DNA from: Dendrobates tinctorius
Taxonomy: Eukaryota
Direction of reading: 5' to 3'
Assembly (NCBI RefSeq): GCF_039654945.1
Contig: NW_027361723.1
Location: forward strand, 3,224,001-3,288,000
DNA: 64,000 bases
Part shown: positions 40,485 to 53,784 of the stretch, in pieces
Numbering within the stretch: position 1 is the first letter of the stretch
Layout: each line of letters opens with the position of its first letter
Position numbers and translations under genes: made by a program
Notes under the pieces: model-generated
The model's database searches: none
What the model was told of the DNA's origin: nothing
Seen by the model: only the letters and a program-made list of their open reading frames with translations

Positions 40485-42486
40485 CAGAGGCATAGCTAGG
40501 GTTTCGGTTCGGGCAGGGGGGGGGTAAAAACTTCTGAGTGGGCCCCTAACTAGGTAACTTTGATTACAACTCGGTGACGCACCCTAATAGTGGATGTAGG
40601 CGATGACTGCTCTGTTACTGAAAATAATCCCTATATAAAAGACCAACATGGATATTACCGCCATATGGTCAGTGGTACATACCAGTCCTACAAAACATAC
40701 AAGTGATTACTGCACAGTTATAGTTGGTGTCTTACCACTGACGATCTTTCTGATGGAATCGTTCACTTTTCACGTCTTTTCTATCTGGCCCAGACCGACA
40801 TGACAACTCCTCCAGCGAGGACTCGGCTACAGAGAATACAACAAAGACACGTTTCACTTCTCATATTCCAGCTCCATCATCATGTATCCCCAACCTGCAC
40901 AAACCCCTCATCCTGCTGATACCCCAATACTGAGCCGCTGCTGCCGTATGTGTCCCTATTACTGCACCTGATACCCCAATGCTGAGCCACTGCTGCCATA
41001 TATGTCCCTATTACTGCACCTGATACCCCAATGCTGAGCCTCTGCTGCTGCCGCCATATATGTCCCTATTACTGCACCTGATACCCCAATACTGAGCCGC
41101 TGCTGCCGTATATGTCCCTATTACTGCACCTGATACCCCAATACTGAGCCGCTGCTGCCGTATATGTCCCTATTACTACACCTGATACCCCAATGCTGAG
41201 TGTTGTGAGTTCATTTTCCCCTTCATTACTGAGGCCCGAGGATCTCCCTCTTCTGGTAAAGAAAGGTAGTGAGCCTGATTATCAAACACCTGAGGCTGAT
41301 GATGATGACTGGCTGAGTGGAGTTACTGACTGGATATAATGCTGCCTACGCCCTTCTGCCCTGCGGGTGATTTCTCTGTGGGATCCTTGGAGACCAGTCT
41401 GAATTCCTGCTCCTCCAAAGCTAAGTTTGCTGCTCTGCCTTTTGCTTTTGTGCTTTGACTTTGTTTTTGCTTTTTTTTTCTGGATTTCTGCCATTCCCTG
41501 CTGGGGTGTGCTGAATTCCTTTAGCTCTGTCTTCTGAAAATACCTGAGTGCTGATTTAGTTTTTGAAGCCTAGCTGCTTCAGGGCCTTTTTCATATCAGC
41601 TTGTTGGCTTATGTCTTTGATAGGGTTTTGGCAGATTGCAGACAGCAGCCTTCCTGTCCTTTACTATCTAGGTAGTTTTGGGCCCCGTCTTTGCTCAGTC
41701 TATCTTTCTGTCTGTGTTAGTATTTTCATCTTGCTTCACCGTCATTATATGTTGGGGGCTGCCTATTGCTTTGGGGTCTGCTCTGGGGTAGTTTAGATTT
41801 CCCCTTTCTTTCTTTAGGCCTATGTAATTCTCCGGCTGTGATCGAGGGGTCTAGGGCTTCGTAGGAACCCCCCACGGCTACTGCTAGTTGTGTTGATAGG
41901 TTCAGGGGTCTGCAATCTGATAGTTGCCAACTTCTCTGGTTTTCTTGATTTAGCTTGTATTTCTGCTTTTGCCTTCTACGGTGACTCATTCATAACAGCT
42001 GAGCCTCTGCTGATGTATATATACCCCCTATACACACACGGCTCCACTCCGTACACAAACAGCTCCGCTCCTCCATACACCTCACACACACGGCTCTGCT
42101 ACATCCACCCTGTAAACCAATCCTGAGCCCACACAGAAACTTCACCTCATCCAGCACCATGACAACCAGCACATCAGAGCCCTGTGCTGAAGCCCGTGAT
42201 CATGTGACCCCCTGACTCCGCCCCTCTTGTGACCTCATCACAGGTCCTGTGCGCACAGAAAAGCTCAGGACGACATTGCTGGCTGTGAGGTGGGGGGCGC
42301 ACTGCTGGCACCAGGGCCCTCAGCGGCCGGGCACCAGTGTAGGGAGATCGATTCTCCCTGCTCTGCTGCAGAATGTAACTGTATGGGTGCGCTGTGCACG
42401 CCGATACAGTTACAGTAGCATAGCTCAGTGGGCCCCTCAGAGTTCGGGGCCACTGCCCCCTCTGTCCCCCGGTAGCTACGCTACTG
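40485..42486. mobile_element. Non-autonomous hAT-type element
   Basis: Imperfect TIRs CAGAGGCATAGCTA and TAGCTACGCTACTG; 8-bp TSD agcaaacc/agcaaatc (1 mismatch); CR1 sequence resumes after it; internal ~53-bp tandem repeat at 40917-41200. Confidence 0.78.
41201..41997. mobile_element. Solo LTR (797 bp)
   Basis: Termini TGTTGTGA and TCATAACA; 6-bp duplication gctgag on both sides; interrupts a tandem-repeat unit. Confidence 0.7.
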
Positions 42487-43393
42487 AGCAAATCCCAATG
42501 AGGTGATTATTATGGGGGACTTCAACTACCCCGACATTGACTGGGAAACTGAAACCTGAGGATCTCAGAAAGGAAACCAATGTCTGTCAGTGACCGAGGA
42601 TAATTATCTGTCACCACTTGTGCAGGGCCCAACTAGAGGGACGGCCCTTCTGGACTTAATGTTAAGCAACAGGCCAGATAGAATAACAGAAGTCCGAGTC
42701 GATGGCACCGAGGGAACAGTGACCACAATATAACACAATTCCACTTGGCCTTCAGTAAGGCGCCCTGGAAGGGGGTTACGAAAACGCTGAATTTCAGGAA
42801 AGCAAAGTTTGATCAGCTTAGAGAGGAGCTTCGCCGAATTGATTGGGACAATGTCCTCAAAAATAGGAGCACAGAAAATAAATGGGAAATATTTAAATCA
42901 GTTTTACACACCCACTGCGAGCTAGCCATGCCGTACAGAAATAAAAGGGCTAGGAACAGGAGAACACCAATGTGGCTAAATAAGGATGTAAAAAGGGCAA
43001 TAAAGAACAAGAACAAGGAATTTAGGAAGCTAAAACAAGAAGGCAATGAAGAAGCATTAAAAAGTTAGAGAAAAAATACAATGTGTAAAAAACAAAAACA
43101 TTTAGCAAAAGTGGAAACTGAGAGACTCATTGCTAAGGAAAGTAAAACAAATCCCAAACTATTCTTTAATTATATAAACAGTAAAAAGATTAAAATTGAT
43201 GGTGTCGGCCCTTTAAAGAACAATGAGTGTGAAATCATAGAGAGCGATGTGGGAAAAGCAAATGTTTTAAATACTTTTTCTCAACAGTGTTCGCACAGGA
43301 AAAGGATTTGCCTGGGGAAATGCAGAGTGATAATGTAAACTCCCCATTAAATATTACCTGCCTAACCCTGGAAGAAGTGCAGAACCGCCTTAG

Positions 43394-44597
43394 CCCCTTA
43401 ATGACCAGGGGTATTTTTGGTTTTACATTTTCATTTTTCCCTCCCCTTCTTTCCAGAGCCATAACTTTTATTTTACCGTGTATATGGCCATGTGAGGGCT
43501 TATTTTTTGCGGGACGAGTTGTACTTTTAAATGACATCATTGGTTTTACCATATCGTGTACTCGAAAACGGGAAAAAAATTCCAAGTGCGGTGAAATTGC
43601 AAAAAAAGTGCAATCCTACACTTGTTTTTTGCTTGGCTTTTTTGTTAGGTTCACTAGATGCTAAATCTGACCTACCATTATGATTCTCCAGGTCATTACG
43701 AGTTCATAGACACCAAACATGTCTATGTCCTCTTTTATCTAAGTGGTGAAAAAAAATTCCAAAGTTTGCTAAAAAAATTTTCTGTGCCGGACTGACGTTT
43801 TTAATGACACCACTTTTGTGCAGATACGTTCTTTTGATCGCCCGTTATTGCATTTTAATGCAATGTCTTGGTGACCAAAAAAACGTAATTCTGGCATTTT
43901 TAATTTTTTTCTCGCTACGCCGTTTAGCAATCGGGTTAATGCTTTTTTTTTCTTGATAGATCAGGCGATTCTGAACGCGGCGATACCTAATATGTGTATG
44001 TGGGATTTTTTTTTTACTGTTTTATTTTGATTGGGGCGAAAGGGGGGGGTGATTTGAACTTTTAGGTTTTTTTAATTTTTTTTTATTTTTAAACTTTTTT
44101 TTCTTTACTTTTGGCATGCTTCAATAGCCTCCATAGGAGGCTAGAAGCTTGCGCAACCCGATCGGCTCTGCTACATATGGGCGTTGGGCAGATCGCCCAT
44201 ATGTGGCAGATTTACTGCTGTGCTTTCAGCGCCGACCACTGGGTGGCGCTGAAAGCCATATGCCTGCAACAACCATAGAGGTCTCATAGAGACCTCTGGT
44301 TGTCCAGATAACATGAAGCCGACCCCCGATCACGTGACGGGGGTCGGCGGTGACGTCATTTCCGGCCCGGCGGCCGGAAATGCTATTTAAATGCACGCTG
44401 TCAGCTTTGACAGCGGCATTTAACTAGTTAATAGGCGCGGGCGGACGGCGATTCCGCTCACGCCTATTGCGGGCACATGTCAGCTGTTCATAACAGCTGA
44501 CATATCCCGGCTTTGATGCGGGCTCACCGCCGGAGCCCTCATCAAAGCAGGGGAGATGTCCGATGACGGACTGTGTCCGTCATTGGACATTAAGGGG
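43394..44597. mobile_element. piggyBac-type non-autonomous element
   Basis: TIRs CCCCTTAATGACC and GGACATTAAGGGG; 4-bp TSD TTAG at 43390-43393 and 44598-44601; removing it restores the CR1 reading NRLSKIKMDK. Confidence 0.85.
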
Positions 44598-46277
44598 TTA
44601 GTAAGATTAAAATGGACAAATCACCAGGCCCTGATGGCATTCACCCTCGGGTATTAAGGGAGTTAAGTAATGTGATAGACAGGCCTCTATTCCTTATATT
44701 TAAAGACTCTATAGAAACAGGGTCTGTTCCTTTTGATTGGCGGCAAGCAAATGTGGTACCAATATTCAAAAAGGGGTGTAAAAAGGAACCTGGAAACTAT
44801 AGGCCGGTAAGCTGAACATCTGCTGTGGGTAAAATTTGTGAAGGGTTTCTAAGGGAAACCATTATGGAATATCTCACTGTTAATAAATGTTTAACTCCAT
44901 ATCAACATGGATTTTTGAAGGATCGCTCCTGTCAGACTAACCTGATCTGGGTCCATTTGAGAGCTTACATCCTCATAGAAGCTGGAGAATCATTGGATGT
45001 CATTTATCTCGACTTCTCTACAGCATGTGACACTGTCCCACATAAAAGATTGGTAAGCGAGATGAGAAAGCTTGGGCTCGGGGAAAATGTGTGTAGATGG
45101 GTAGGGAGCTGGCTTAGTGATAGAAAACAAAGAGTGGTTATTAATGGGGCATCCTCAGATTGGGCCAGGGTTACTAGTGGGGGACCACAGGGGTCTGTAT
45201 TGGGCCCCCTACTATGTAATATATTTATTAATGATCTAGTGGATGGCTTACACAGTAAAATATCAGTATTTGCAGATGATACAAAACTATGTAAGGGAGT
45301 TAACAAAATGGAGGACAGTTTGCAACTACAGACAGATTTGAGTAAATTGGAGAATTGGGCTGAAAAATGGCAAATGAGGTTTAACCCAGATAAGTGTAAG
45401 GTTATGCACATGGGAAGGAGAAACAGATGCTACAATTATTTACTAAATGGGAAACTGCTGGGGAAATCAGACATGGAAAAAGACTTGGGCATCTTAGTCA
45501 ATAAGAAGCTAAATTGGAGTGCCCAGTGTCAGGCAGCTGCCACCAAAGCAAATAGGGTCATGGGAGGCATTAGAAGAGGTCTGGGGACACGAGATGAAAA
45601 CATAATTCTCCCTCTGTACAAATCACTCGTCAGACCACACTTGGAGTATTGTGTGCAATTTTGGACGCCGGTGCTCAAGAAAGACATTACTGAACTTGAA
45701 AGGGTTCAAAGGCGGCTACTAAAATAATAAATGGAGTTGGTTCACTACAATACCCATAAAGGTTATCAAAATTAGGTCTATTTACTCTAGAAAAGAGAAG
45801 ACTTAGGGGAGACCTAATATATATGTACAAGTATATCAGAGGGCAATACAGAGATCTCTCCAATGAACTGTTTGTACCAAGGACTGTGCCAAGAACAAGG
45901 GGGCATTCTCTTCGTTTGGAGGAAAGACAATTTCTGCACCAGCATAGAAGAGGGTTCTTCACAGTAAGAGCAGTGAGGCTCTGGAATTCTCTTCCTGAGA
46001 AAGTGGTGATGGCCAACTCACTGAATGAATGTAAGAAAGGAATGGAGGCTTTTCTTGTGAGTAACAGTATAGAAGGTTACGAATAACAGAATATTATAGG
46101 TAGATGGTTGACCCAGCTTAGGGGAAGGATTTTTTTTCCCTATGGAGAAAATTGGCTTCTACTCTGTGGGTTTTTTGCCTTCCCCAGGATCAACAATGCA
46201 GAACAGCTGCACTAAAAATAGGCTGAACTAGATGGACATAAGGTCTTCCTTCAGCCTTCAAAACTATGTTACTATGT

Positions 46278-47179
46278 AATGTCACTGGTGATCACTGTAT
46301 TACCTGTACACTGACACTATATACAGAGCTCCTGTGTATAATGTCACTGGTGATCACTGTATTACCTGTACACTGGCACTATATATAGAGCTCCTGTGTA
46401 TAATGCCACTGGTGATCACTGTATTACCTGTACACAGACACTATATACAGAGCTCCTGTGTATAATGTCACTGGTGATCACTGTATTACCTGTACACTGG
46501 CACTATATATAGAGCTCCTGTGTATAATGCCACTGTTGATCACTGTATTACCTGTACACAGACACTATATACAGAGCTCCTGTGTATAATGCCACTGGTG
46601 ATCACTGTATTACCTGTACACTGGCACTATATACAGAGCTCCTGTGTATAATGTCACTGGTGATCACTGTATTACCTGTACACTGGCACTATATACAGAG
46701 CTCCTGTGTATAATGTCACTGGTGATCATTGTATTACCTGTACACTGGCACTATATATAGAGCTCCTGTGTATAATGCCACTGTTGATCACTGTATTACC
46801 TGTACACAGACACTATATACATAGCTCCTGTGTATAATGCCACTGGTGATCACTGTATTACCTGTACACTGGCACTATATACAGAGCTCCTGTGTATAAT
46901 GCCACTGGTGATCACTGTATTACCTGTACACAGACACTATATACATAGCTCCTGTGTATAATGCCACTGGTGATCACTGTATTACCTGTACACAGACACT
47001 ATATACATAGCTCCTGTGTATAATGCCACTGGTGATCACTGTATTACCTGTACACTGGCACTATATACAGAGCTCCTGTGTATAATGTCACTGGTGATCA
47101 CTGTATTACCTGTACACTGGCACTATAGACAGAGCTCCTGTGTACAGTGTCACCAGTGATCACTGTATTACCTGTACAC
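46278..47179. repeat. 62-bp minisatellite, ~14.5 copies
   Basis: Unit gtcactggtgatcactgtattacctgtacactggcactatatacagagctcctgtgtataat; a partial unit resumes at 47596. Confidence 0.95.
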
Positions 47180-47595
47180 TTATATTTTCTTAGAGTTGTT
47201 TCTGTATGGTATCACTCACCTAAGCTCCATCAAATATTGAATAAACTGGGTGGACCAGGGTAAGCCAAGCTAGAAAACAATACTTGTGTATATAAGCATT
47301 GTTTAGCGATATGGGAGCAGTAAACGGTAACCCAGAAATGTACATAATGATTGTGTAGCGACCTGAGAAAAGCAAATAGTAATTGGAAATATGTCCATGA
47401 TGTAACTGATGATGTAGCTCAAATTCTGTTATAAAAGCTGTACACGTTTGATTAAAGACAGAGAAGAATCATACTGACACGATACCCTCTTGTCTTGTGT
47501 ATTCTTTCCTCGAGTATACGTATACCTTGTGCCAAAGCTACAATTCGGCCACAGACAATTAAGACGGGTCGCACCTTAGTGTGACAGAATCATCA
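47180..47595 (+). mobile_element. Possible short solo LTR (ERV-like)
   Basis: 416-bp insert in the minisatellite, flanked by acac; internal TATAAAA followed by ATTAAA; ends ATCA, but the 5' end is TT rather than TG. Confidence 0.4.
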
Positions 47596-49023
47596 ACACT
47601 ATATACAGAGCTCCTGTGTATAATGTCACTGGTGGTAATAACAGTGCTGCTAGTGTCATGGTTTGCATTCATGATCAGTATGTGGTCTGGAGGTGGTGGT
47701 ATTTCTTCTTGTATGTGGCATTATTGGTCTCGGTATAGTGGACTGTGTTATATATGGCGGTCATTTTTTCTCTCAGATGTTGATTAGAAGAAGAATTTTA
47801 AAGTATATAATGACTAATGGCAATTGGTACACAGCGGCTGAGATGCACTTATAGAATTTCTCCAGTGAAAAAAGTAATAAATTCAACAGGATAAGCGATA
47901 ACATACTGATTGATGGGGTCTGACTGCTTGGACTGACACCGATCAACAAAATGTGGAGCTTTTATCCCCATTAGATTGGAGCTCATGTGAAACTTGATCA
48001 CTGATCCATATTCATTGTCTCAGTGACTGTACTTGTTTTTTCTTAATGCCCCAAAAAGAATGAATGGAGGTGCGGTCAGACATCTCACCTGCTGCTGCAT
48101 TTTGAAATGGGGATAAATCATCCTCATTTTTCCAATCGGTGCAGTTTCTAATGGTCGGACATAAGTGATCACCTATCCTGTGGAGCCCAGGGATCAGTGA
48201 ACTTAACAGCAAAGCCACAAAAAGAGGATTGAAAATCCTCCAAAAATTCAAGAATACAGGAGAAAATGGTCAGCAGTACTTACCTGCCCAGGTCTCCGAA
48301 CAAACGCCCTCTCAGGATGCAGCAGACCCTTGTAGTTAACATGGCGGCAACACAGGTGCAGAATACTGATGAGACCACTCCCAACCCATGGAGGGGGGAT
48401 TGTTAGTATTAGATTGCACAGAATCTGCTTGTACAGGGCGCTGGTCACACACAGGTAATGCACGGTGTACGGCTTAGGCTGGTTTCACATTCGCGCTTTT
48501 TAAGCGCACGCACGGCCGGGGGTAGCTCCGCCCCCGAGCCGGCTCTCTGCCCGGCGTGCCCGCCCCTTCCTTGTAGCACCGCCTCCTAGCGCACAGCGGC
48601 GCCTGCGATCGGCGCACCCTATCTTTAGCATAGGGTGCGCAGATCGTGCGCAGGCCGTGCGCTAGTTGCGCTTTGACCTGCGCTGCGCACTTTTGACGGT
48701 GCGCCGTGCGCGCCAAAATCAAACTTTTCGGATTTTGGCGCGCACGGCGCACCGTCAATCCCCCCTCCAAGGATTGGGAGTGGTTGTCTCATCAGGACCT
48801 GTGTTGCCGCCCTCTTTGCTATATGGGTCTGCTGCACCCTGTAGTGCATTTGCTCGGAGACCTGGGCAGGTGAGCACTGCTGACCCTTTTCTGCTGTACT
48901 AACCCATGGATCAGTGACAACTTGTTTTGACAAAAGAACCCCTTTAATGCAAACTACCGTAATTCTGACCCCAGTTCAGGGGGCGCACAGTAGATGTGTA
49001 TTACAGTTGACACTTCACTATAA

Positions 49024-49158
49024 GGCTGTGTGCACACGCTGCGGATTCTGCTGCGGTTTGCCATTTGCTCCATTGTAGAGATGATAAACCACAGAGCAAT
49101 CCGCACTAAATCTGTGCGGACAAATCCACAGAGCATTCCGCAGCGTGTGCACTCACCC
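49024..49158. mobile_element. Small Harbinger-type MITE
   Basis: Imperfect inverted ends GGCTGTGTGCACACGCTGCGGA and TCCGCAGCGTGTGCACTCACCC; TAA on both sides. Confidence 0.7.
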
Positions 49159-49917
49159 TAACAGGGATAACAGCTTACATGCATTTGCCTATTACTGTAG
49201 GGTGGGCCCCACTATGACCCTACTCAGAGCCCAAGGCTCCGGGGTCCCATGGCCAGATTGTACCCATCATAAGCCTCATATGGGACAGGGAGGGGCCGCG
49301 AGCTGACAGTGTCTGCCCCTGGGTCACTGTACAGCACTGATCACAGTGGCATTATTGACCAAGGCAACATAATGAACTGTGGATCACCGGGATACAGAGG
49401 AAGACAAAATGTCCCGTGATGTCACACACCAACTGTATCTGGAGGAAAGGACCCTCTCAAAGACGGGTGAGGGGCGAGATTTTGTTTCTGCTCCTCAGAT
49501 CTGCCACTAGGGGGCAATGAATCCCACAGTGCGGCCAATATGTGCGCTAATCTCGCCCCCGTGCTGTGGTCACTGCAGAGAACAGCTCATTACAGGAAGC
49601 TAGCAGGAATCCCGCAGTGTCTGCCGCATAGGAGCTGTCGTCACATCCACCCAACCGTCTCCACATCCAGATATCACACACAAGGCCCGGATATGTTATT
49701 ATCACTACACAACTCATCACGCATCACTGAGGAGAGAGAAAGAAAGGGGGAGCTGCAGACATGTGATCAGCCAATCAGTAAGAGGTGAGGGAGGAGCCGG
49801 TAATGCAGCACGCCCCATAGTGGCGTCATCATTGTGTAGTTTTCACTCAGGTCCGCCACCCACCATATAAAGGAGGACTCAGCGCTGACCGCTCACAGTC
49901 GTCTGAAGATTTCCTGA

Positions 49918-50232
<315 letters not shown>

Positions 50233-50262
50233 TGCGTCTCCGCTCCATCCTCACCCCCCAAA

Positions 50263-50278
50263 GGCTCTTATCAGAGCC
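50263..50278 (+). terminator. Histone 3' stem-loop (H4)
   Basis: GGCTCT-TATC-AGAGCC. Confidence 0.93.
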
Positions 50279-51561
50279 GCCCACATCTCACGTGAGAGGC
50301 TACTATCTCCTGTTTCTGCGCTCTCCTTCGTGTCTGCTGCCTGTAGTGTAGGGACGGGTCTTGTACTTCTCCCCTGGCATCGCGGACTTGGGGAGATGTA
50401 GTTTCTTCTCACTGATCTATCCCAGAAAGCTAACATGGTGGGGGCAGATATCCGCGCGGTGCCACAGAGACCCCTCTCCCGCCATCCTGGAGTCGCAGAG
50501 TGAGTGTCGCTCGCAGCACAGCGTCATAACCGTCCTCAGATCGCTGGCAATGACCGTCAGTGAAGTCGGACTGTGCAGTGAGCTGCTTGTCGGCAGTGCC
50601 AGGACTGTGAAGCGCTGTAACCTCCATGAGATGGCAGGAAGCTGCGGCCGGCCGCCGGTATACACGGGACACGGCCCTCTGTGAGCTCAGGATCGTCTGC
50701 TGAGGGTTTCCCACGGTCACTGCTTGGTTTTCTCGTCCCGCAGCTGGCCACCTCCATCCCCGTGTCAGAGCGGACGCCGATCTGCTACGGAATAGAATGA
50801 TCAGATGAGACAAAAACCGGAGAATTTGTGTAGAAGCGGCCAGAGACCTCCTCAGTGCTGATCGGCCGATCCTTGGCGCTCTGGTGATTCTGATCTTCCC
50901 GCTTCTCTCTTTCCTTGCGGCTCCTGTGCGGTTATTACCGGTTCCTACAGGGAGCGGGGATCCCAGTATACAGAGAGTCATCTCCGTGTAATGAGCGGGA
51001 GAACAGCTCCAGCCCCGGTGAGGAGGAGAAATATCGGGTGCGGTCGGCCGATCACATCCCCGGATCACAGATGTGTTCATCTTCGTCTGGTTAGATTTTG
51101 CTTGGTGAAATGTTTACAACCAGTGTCAGAAATGTGAGATCCAGAGCGGAGAATAAGGGACAATCTGTATAATATCATCTGAGATTAATCCGCACAGGAG
51201 TCCTCGTGAGGGCAAAGGGTTAATGTCGGGAGCAGAAGAAATCACAGCTGGGAGTGCCTCCATCCAGGAAAGAGTTAACAGCCCGTCTGTTCTTGTACTG
51301 GCGGCACTGGGACCCCGCGCCCTGGTCACCGAGGAAACAGGCGAAGAATAGAAAATCATGCGGTCTATGTGACGTCATACTTTCATTCCTGCAGCTGATT
51401 GGTGTTTTCACAAGTCTTTATTTCCATAGTCTGCTTCAGATCCGTCCAATGACAGGAGAGGAGGGCGGGGCAGCAGCAGCGTATATAAACCTCCAACAGC
51501 GCGGAATCTTCTGATCATTATTGCTCTGCTTTGTGACGGAGGAGACCGCTTTACTTTTGTT

Positions 51562-51939
51562 ATGGCTGATCCCAAGTCTGCTCCAGCTCCTAAGAAGGGC
51601 TCCAAGAAAGCCGTGACCAAGACTCAGAAGAAGGACAGCAAGAAGCGGAGGAAGAGCAGNNNNNNNNNNNNNNNNNNNNNNNNNNNNNNNNNNNNNNNNN
51701 NNNNNNNNNNNNNNNNNNNNNNNNNNNNNNNNNNNNNNNNNNNNNNNNNNNNNNNNNNNNNNNNNNNNNNNNNNNNNNNNNNNNNNNNNNNNNNNNNNNN
51801 NNNNNNNNNNNNNNNNNNNNNNNNNNNNNNNNNNNNNNNNNNNNNNNNNNNNNNNNNNNNNNNNNNNNNNNNNNNNNNNNNNNNNNNNNNNNNNNNNNNN
51901 NNNNNNNNNNNNNNNNNNNNNNNNNNNNNNNNNNNNNNN
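51562..51939 (+). CDS. H2B: Histone H2B (variant N-terminus; core masked by Ns at 51660-51944)
   Basis: [32 protein letters not shown]; end inferred from standard H2B length; TATA at 51482; stem-loop at 51964. Confidence 0.85.
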
Positions 51940-51963
51940 NNNNNGCTCCGCCAAAACCCCAAA

Positions 51964-51979
51964 GGCTCTTATCAGAGCC
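51964..51979 (+). terminator. Histone 3' stem-loop (H2B)
   Basis: GGCTCT-TATC-AGAGCC, followed by a purine-rich AAAAAGCT element. Confidence 0.93.
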
Positions 51980-52411
51980 GCCCACATCTACCAACAAAAA
52001 GCTATGATCTCCGCTGTGTGATGTGGCCACGGAGGGAGATTGCGGGTATTTTGTGGTGTTATGTGACATCAGCGGTTAAAACATGGTTACCTGGATATAC
52101 AGCGCTATATGGGTCAGGAATTACTGTATGGATGAAATATCTAGAGCGCTTTATAGAGGCTACATCACAGTATAGGCATTCACCACACTTTGAGGGTATA
52201 CACACCTTACCCTTCTCCCTATATTAACGTTGGTTATGTTTTACAATGGATGAGAATAGAGAAAGGTGAGATTTCAGTTATCGCTCAGCAATCACCTGTG
52301 ATATCAGAAACCGCAGCCGCCATCTATTCCTGAGAGAGTGCGATCCGTATATGTAGAACACGCACATAAACCGGCAATTCAGGACTCAGCTCGTTTTTGG
52401 AAAGATTTGGT

Positions 52412-52427
52412 GGCTCTGAAAAGAGCC
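52412..52427 (-). terminator. Histone 3' stem-loop (H3)
   Basis: GGCTCT-TTTC-AGAGCC (canonical). Confidence 0.95.
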
Positions 52428-52456
52428 TTTGTGTTGTGGTTGGAGCCCGGGAAGAT

Positions 52457-52870
<414 letters not shown>

Positions 52871-53120
52871 TCAATGTAGAGTTGAACAGATGTGATGAGC
52901 TGAGCGGCGGGAGAAGGGTATTTATGCTCCAGGGCGCGTCCTCATTGGTCTATAGGAAACACGCCCCCTGCACGCCACTGGTTGTGGCATAAATAAAAGA
53001 AGCCAATAAGGACATGATGTGTTTAACCAATCATTGTGAAGAGCAACTCCGCCTCTCGCCCAGTAACCCCGCCCCCTGTTGTCCCCGCCTCCTCCACGAG
53101 GCGGTTCACATCATCCCTTA

Positions 53121-53636
53121 GGCCTCTTTCACACATCAGTTTTTTGCCTTCAGGCGCGATCCGGCTTTTTTTGGAAAAAACGGATCCGGCAAAATGCAAT
53201 GCCGGATCCGGTTTTTCCCCATTGACTTGCATTAGCGCCGGATCGTGCCGGATGGCATTGCGTTTCATCCGTTTTTTGCCGGATCCGGCAACTTGTCTCA
53301 TTCCGGCGTCTTGAAAAAACGTCTACTGTAACGTTTTTTGTCTCCGGGCGAAAAAGACGGAAGCGCCGAATCCGGCGCTTCCAGCTTTTTGCTAAAATAA
53401 AAGTCAATGGGCGCCGGAATGCGCCGGATCCAGAAAAAGACGGATCCAGCAACCGGATCCGGTTTTTTTAAGTCTGCACATGCTCAGATCCAATTGGCCA
53501 GCCGCCAGGAACAGAGACGGATCCAGCAAAAAAACGGATCCGTTTCTACAGTTCTCCAAAATTTATGCCGGATCCGTTTTTTCTAAAAAAAGCCGGATCC
53601 TGCCTGACGGCAAAAAACTGATGTGTGAAAGTAGCC
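53121..53636. mobile_element. Harbinger MITE related to the 9129-14303 element
   Basis: TIRs GGCCTCTTTCACAC and GTGTGAAAGTAGCC; TTA TSD at 53118-53120 and 53637-53639; CCGGATCCGG repeats. Confidence 0.92.
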
Positions 53637-53784
53637 TTACACACGGAATATGGAGCAGACGCCACTGACGTAAATGCACGGCCGTATCCGTGTACACAGC
53701 GCTGTACAGTGCAGACCTCGTATTAGCAACAGATCACAACTATCCATCCTGACACTGCGCCCAGCATCAATTATATAATGTACT

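Larger units (their letters stand above)
40177..46277 (+). mobile_element. Older CR1 LINE (endonuclease + RT, degenerate), interrupted by two DNA-transposon insertions
   Basis: GVCYKPPN, IMGDFNYPDIDW, KSPGPDGIHPRVL and VFADDTKL motifs; ACTATGTT-type tail at ~46263-46277. Confidence 0.88.

Noticed and set aside
46278-47179. CRISPR-like regular array
   Set aside because: Head-to-tail 62-bp units with no unique spacers, no cas genes, and a vertebrate context.
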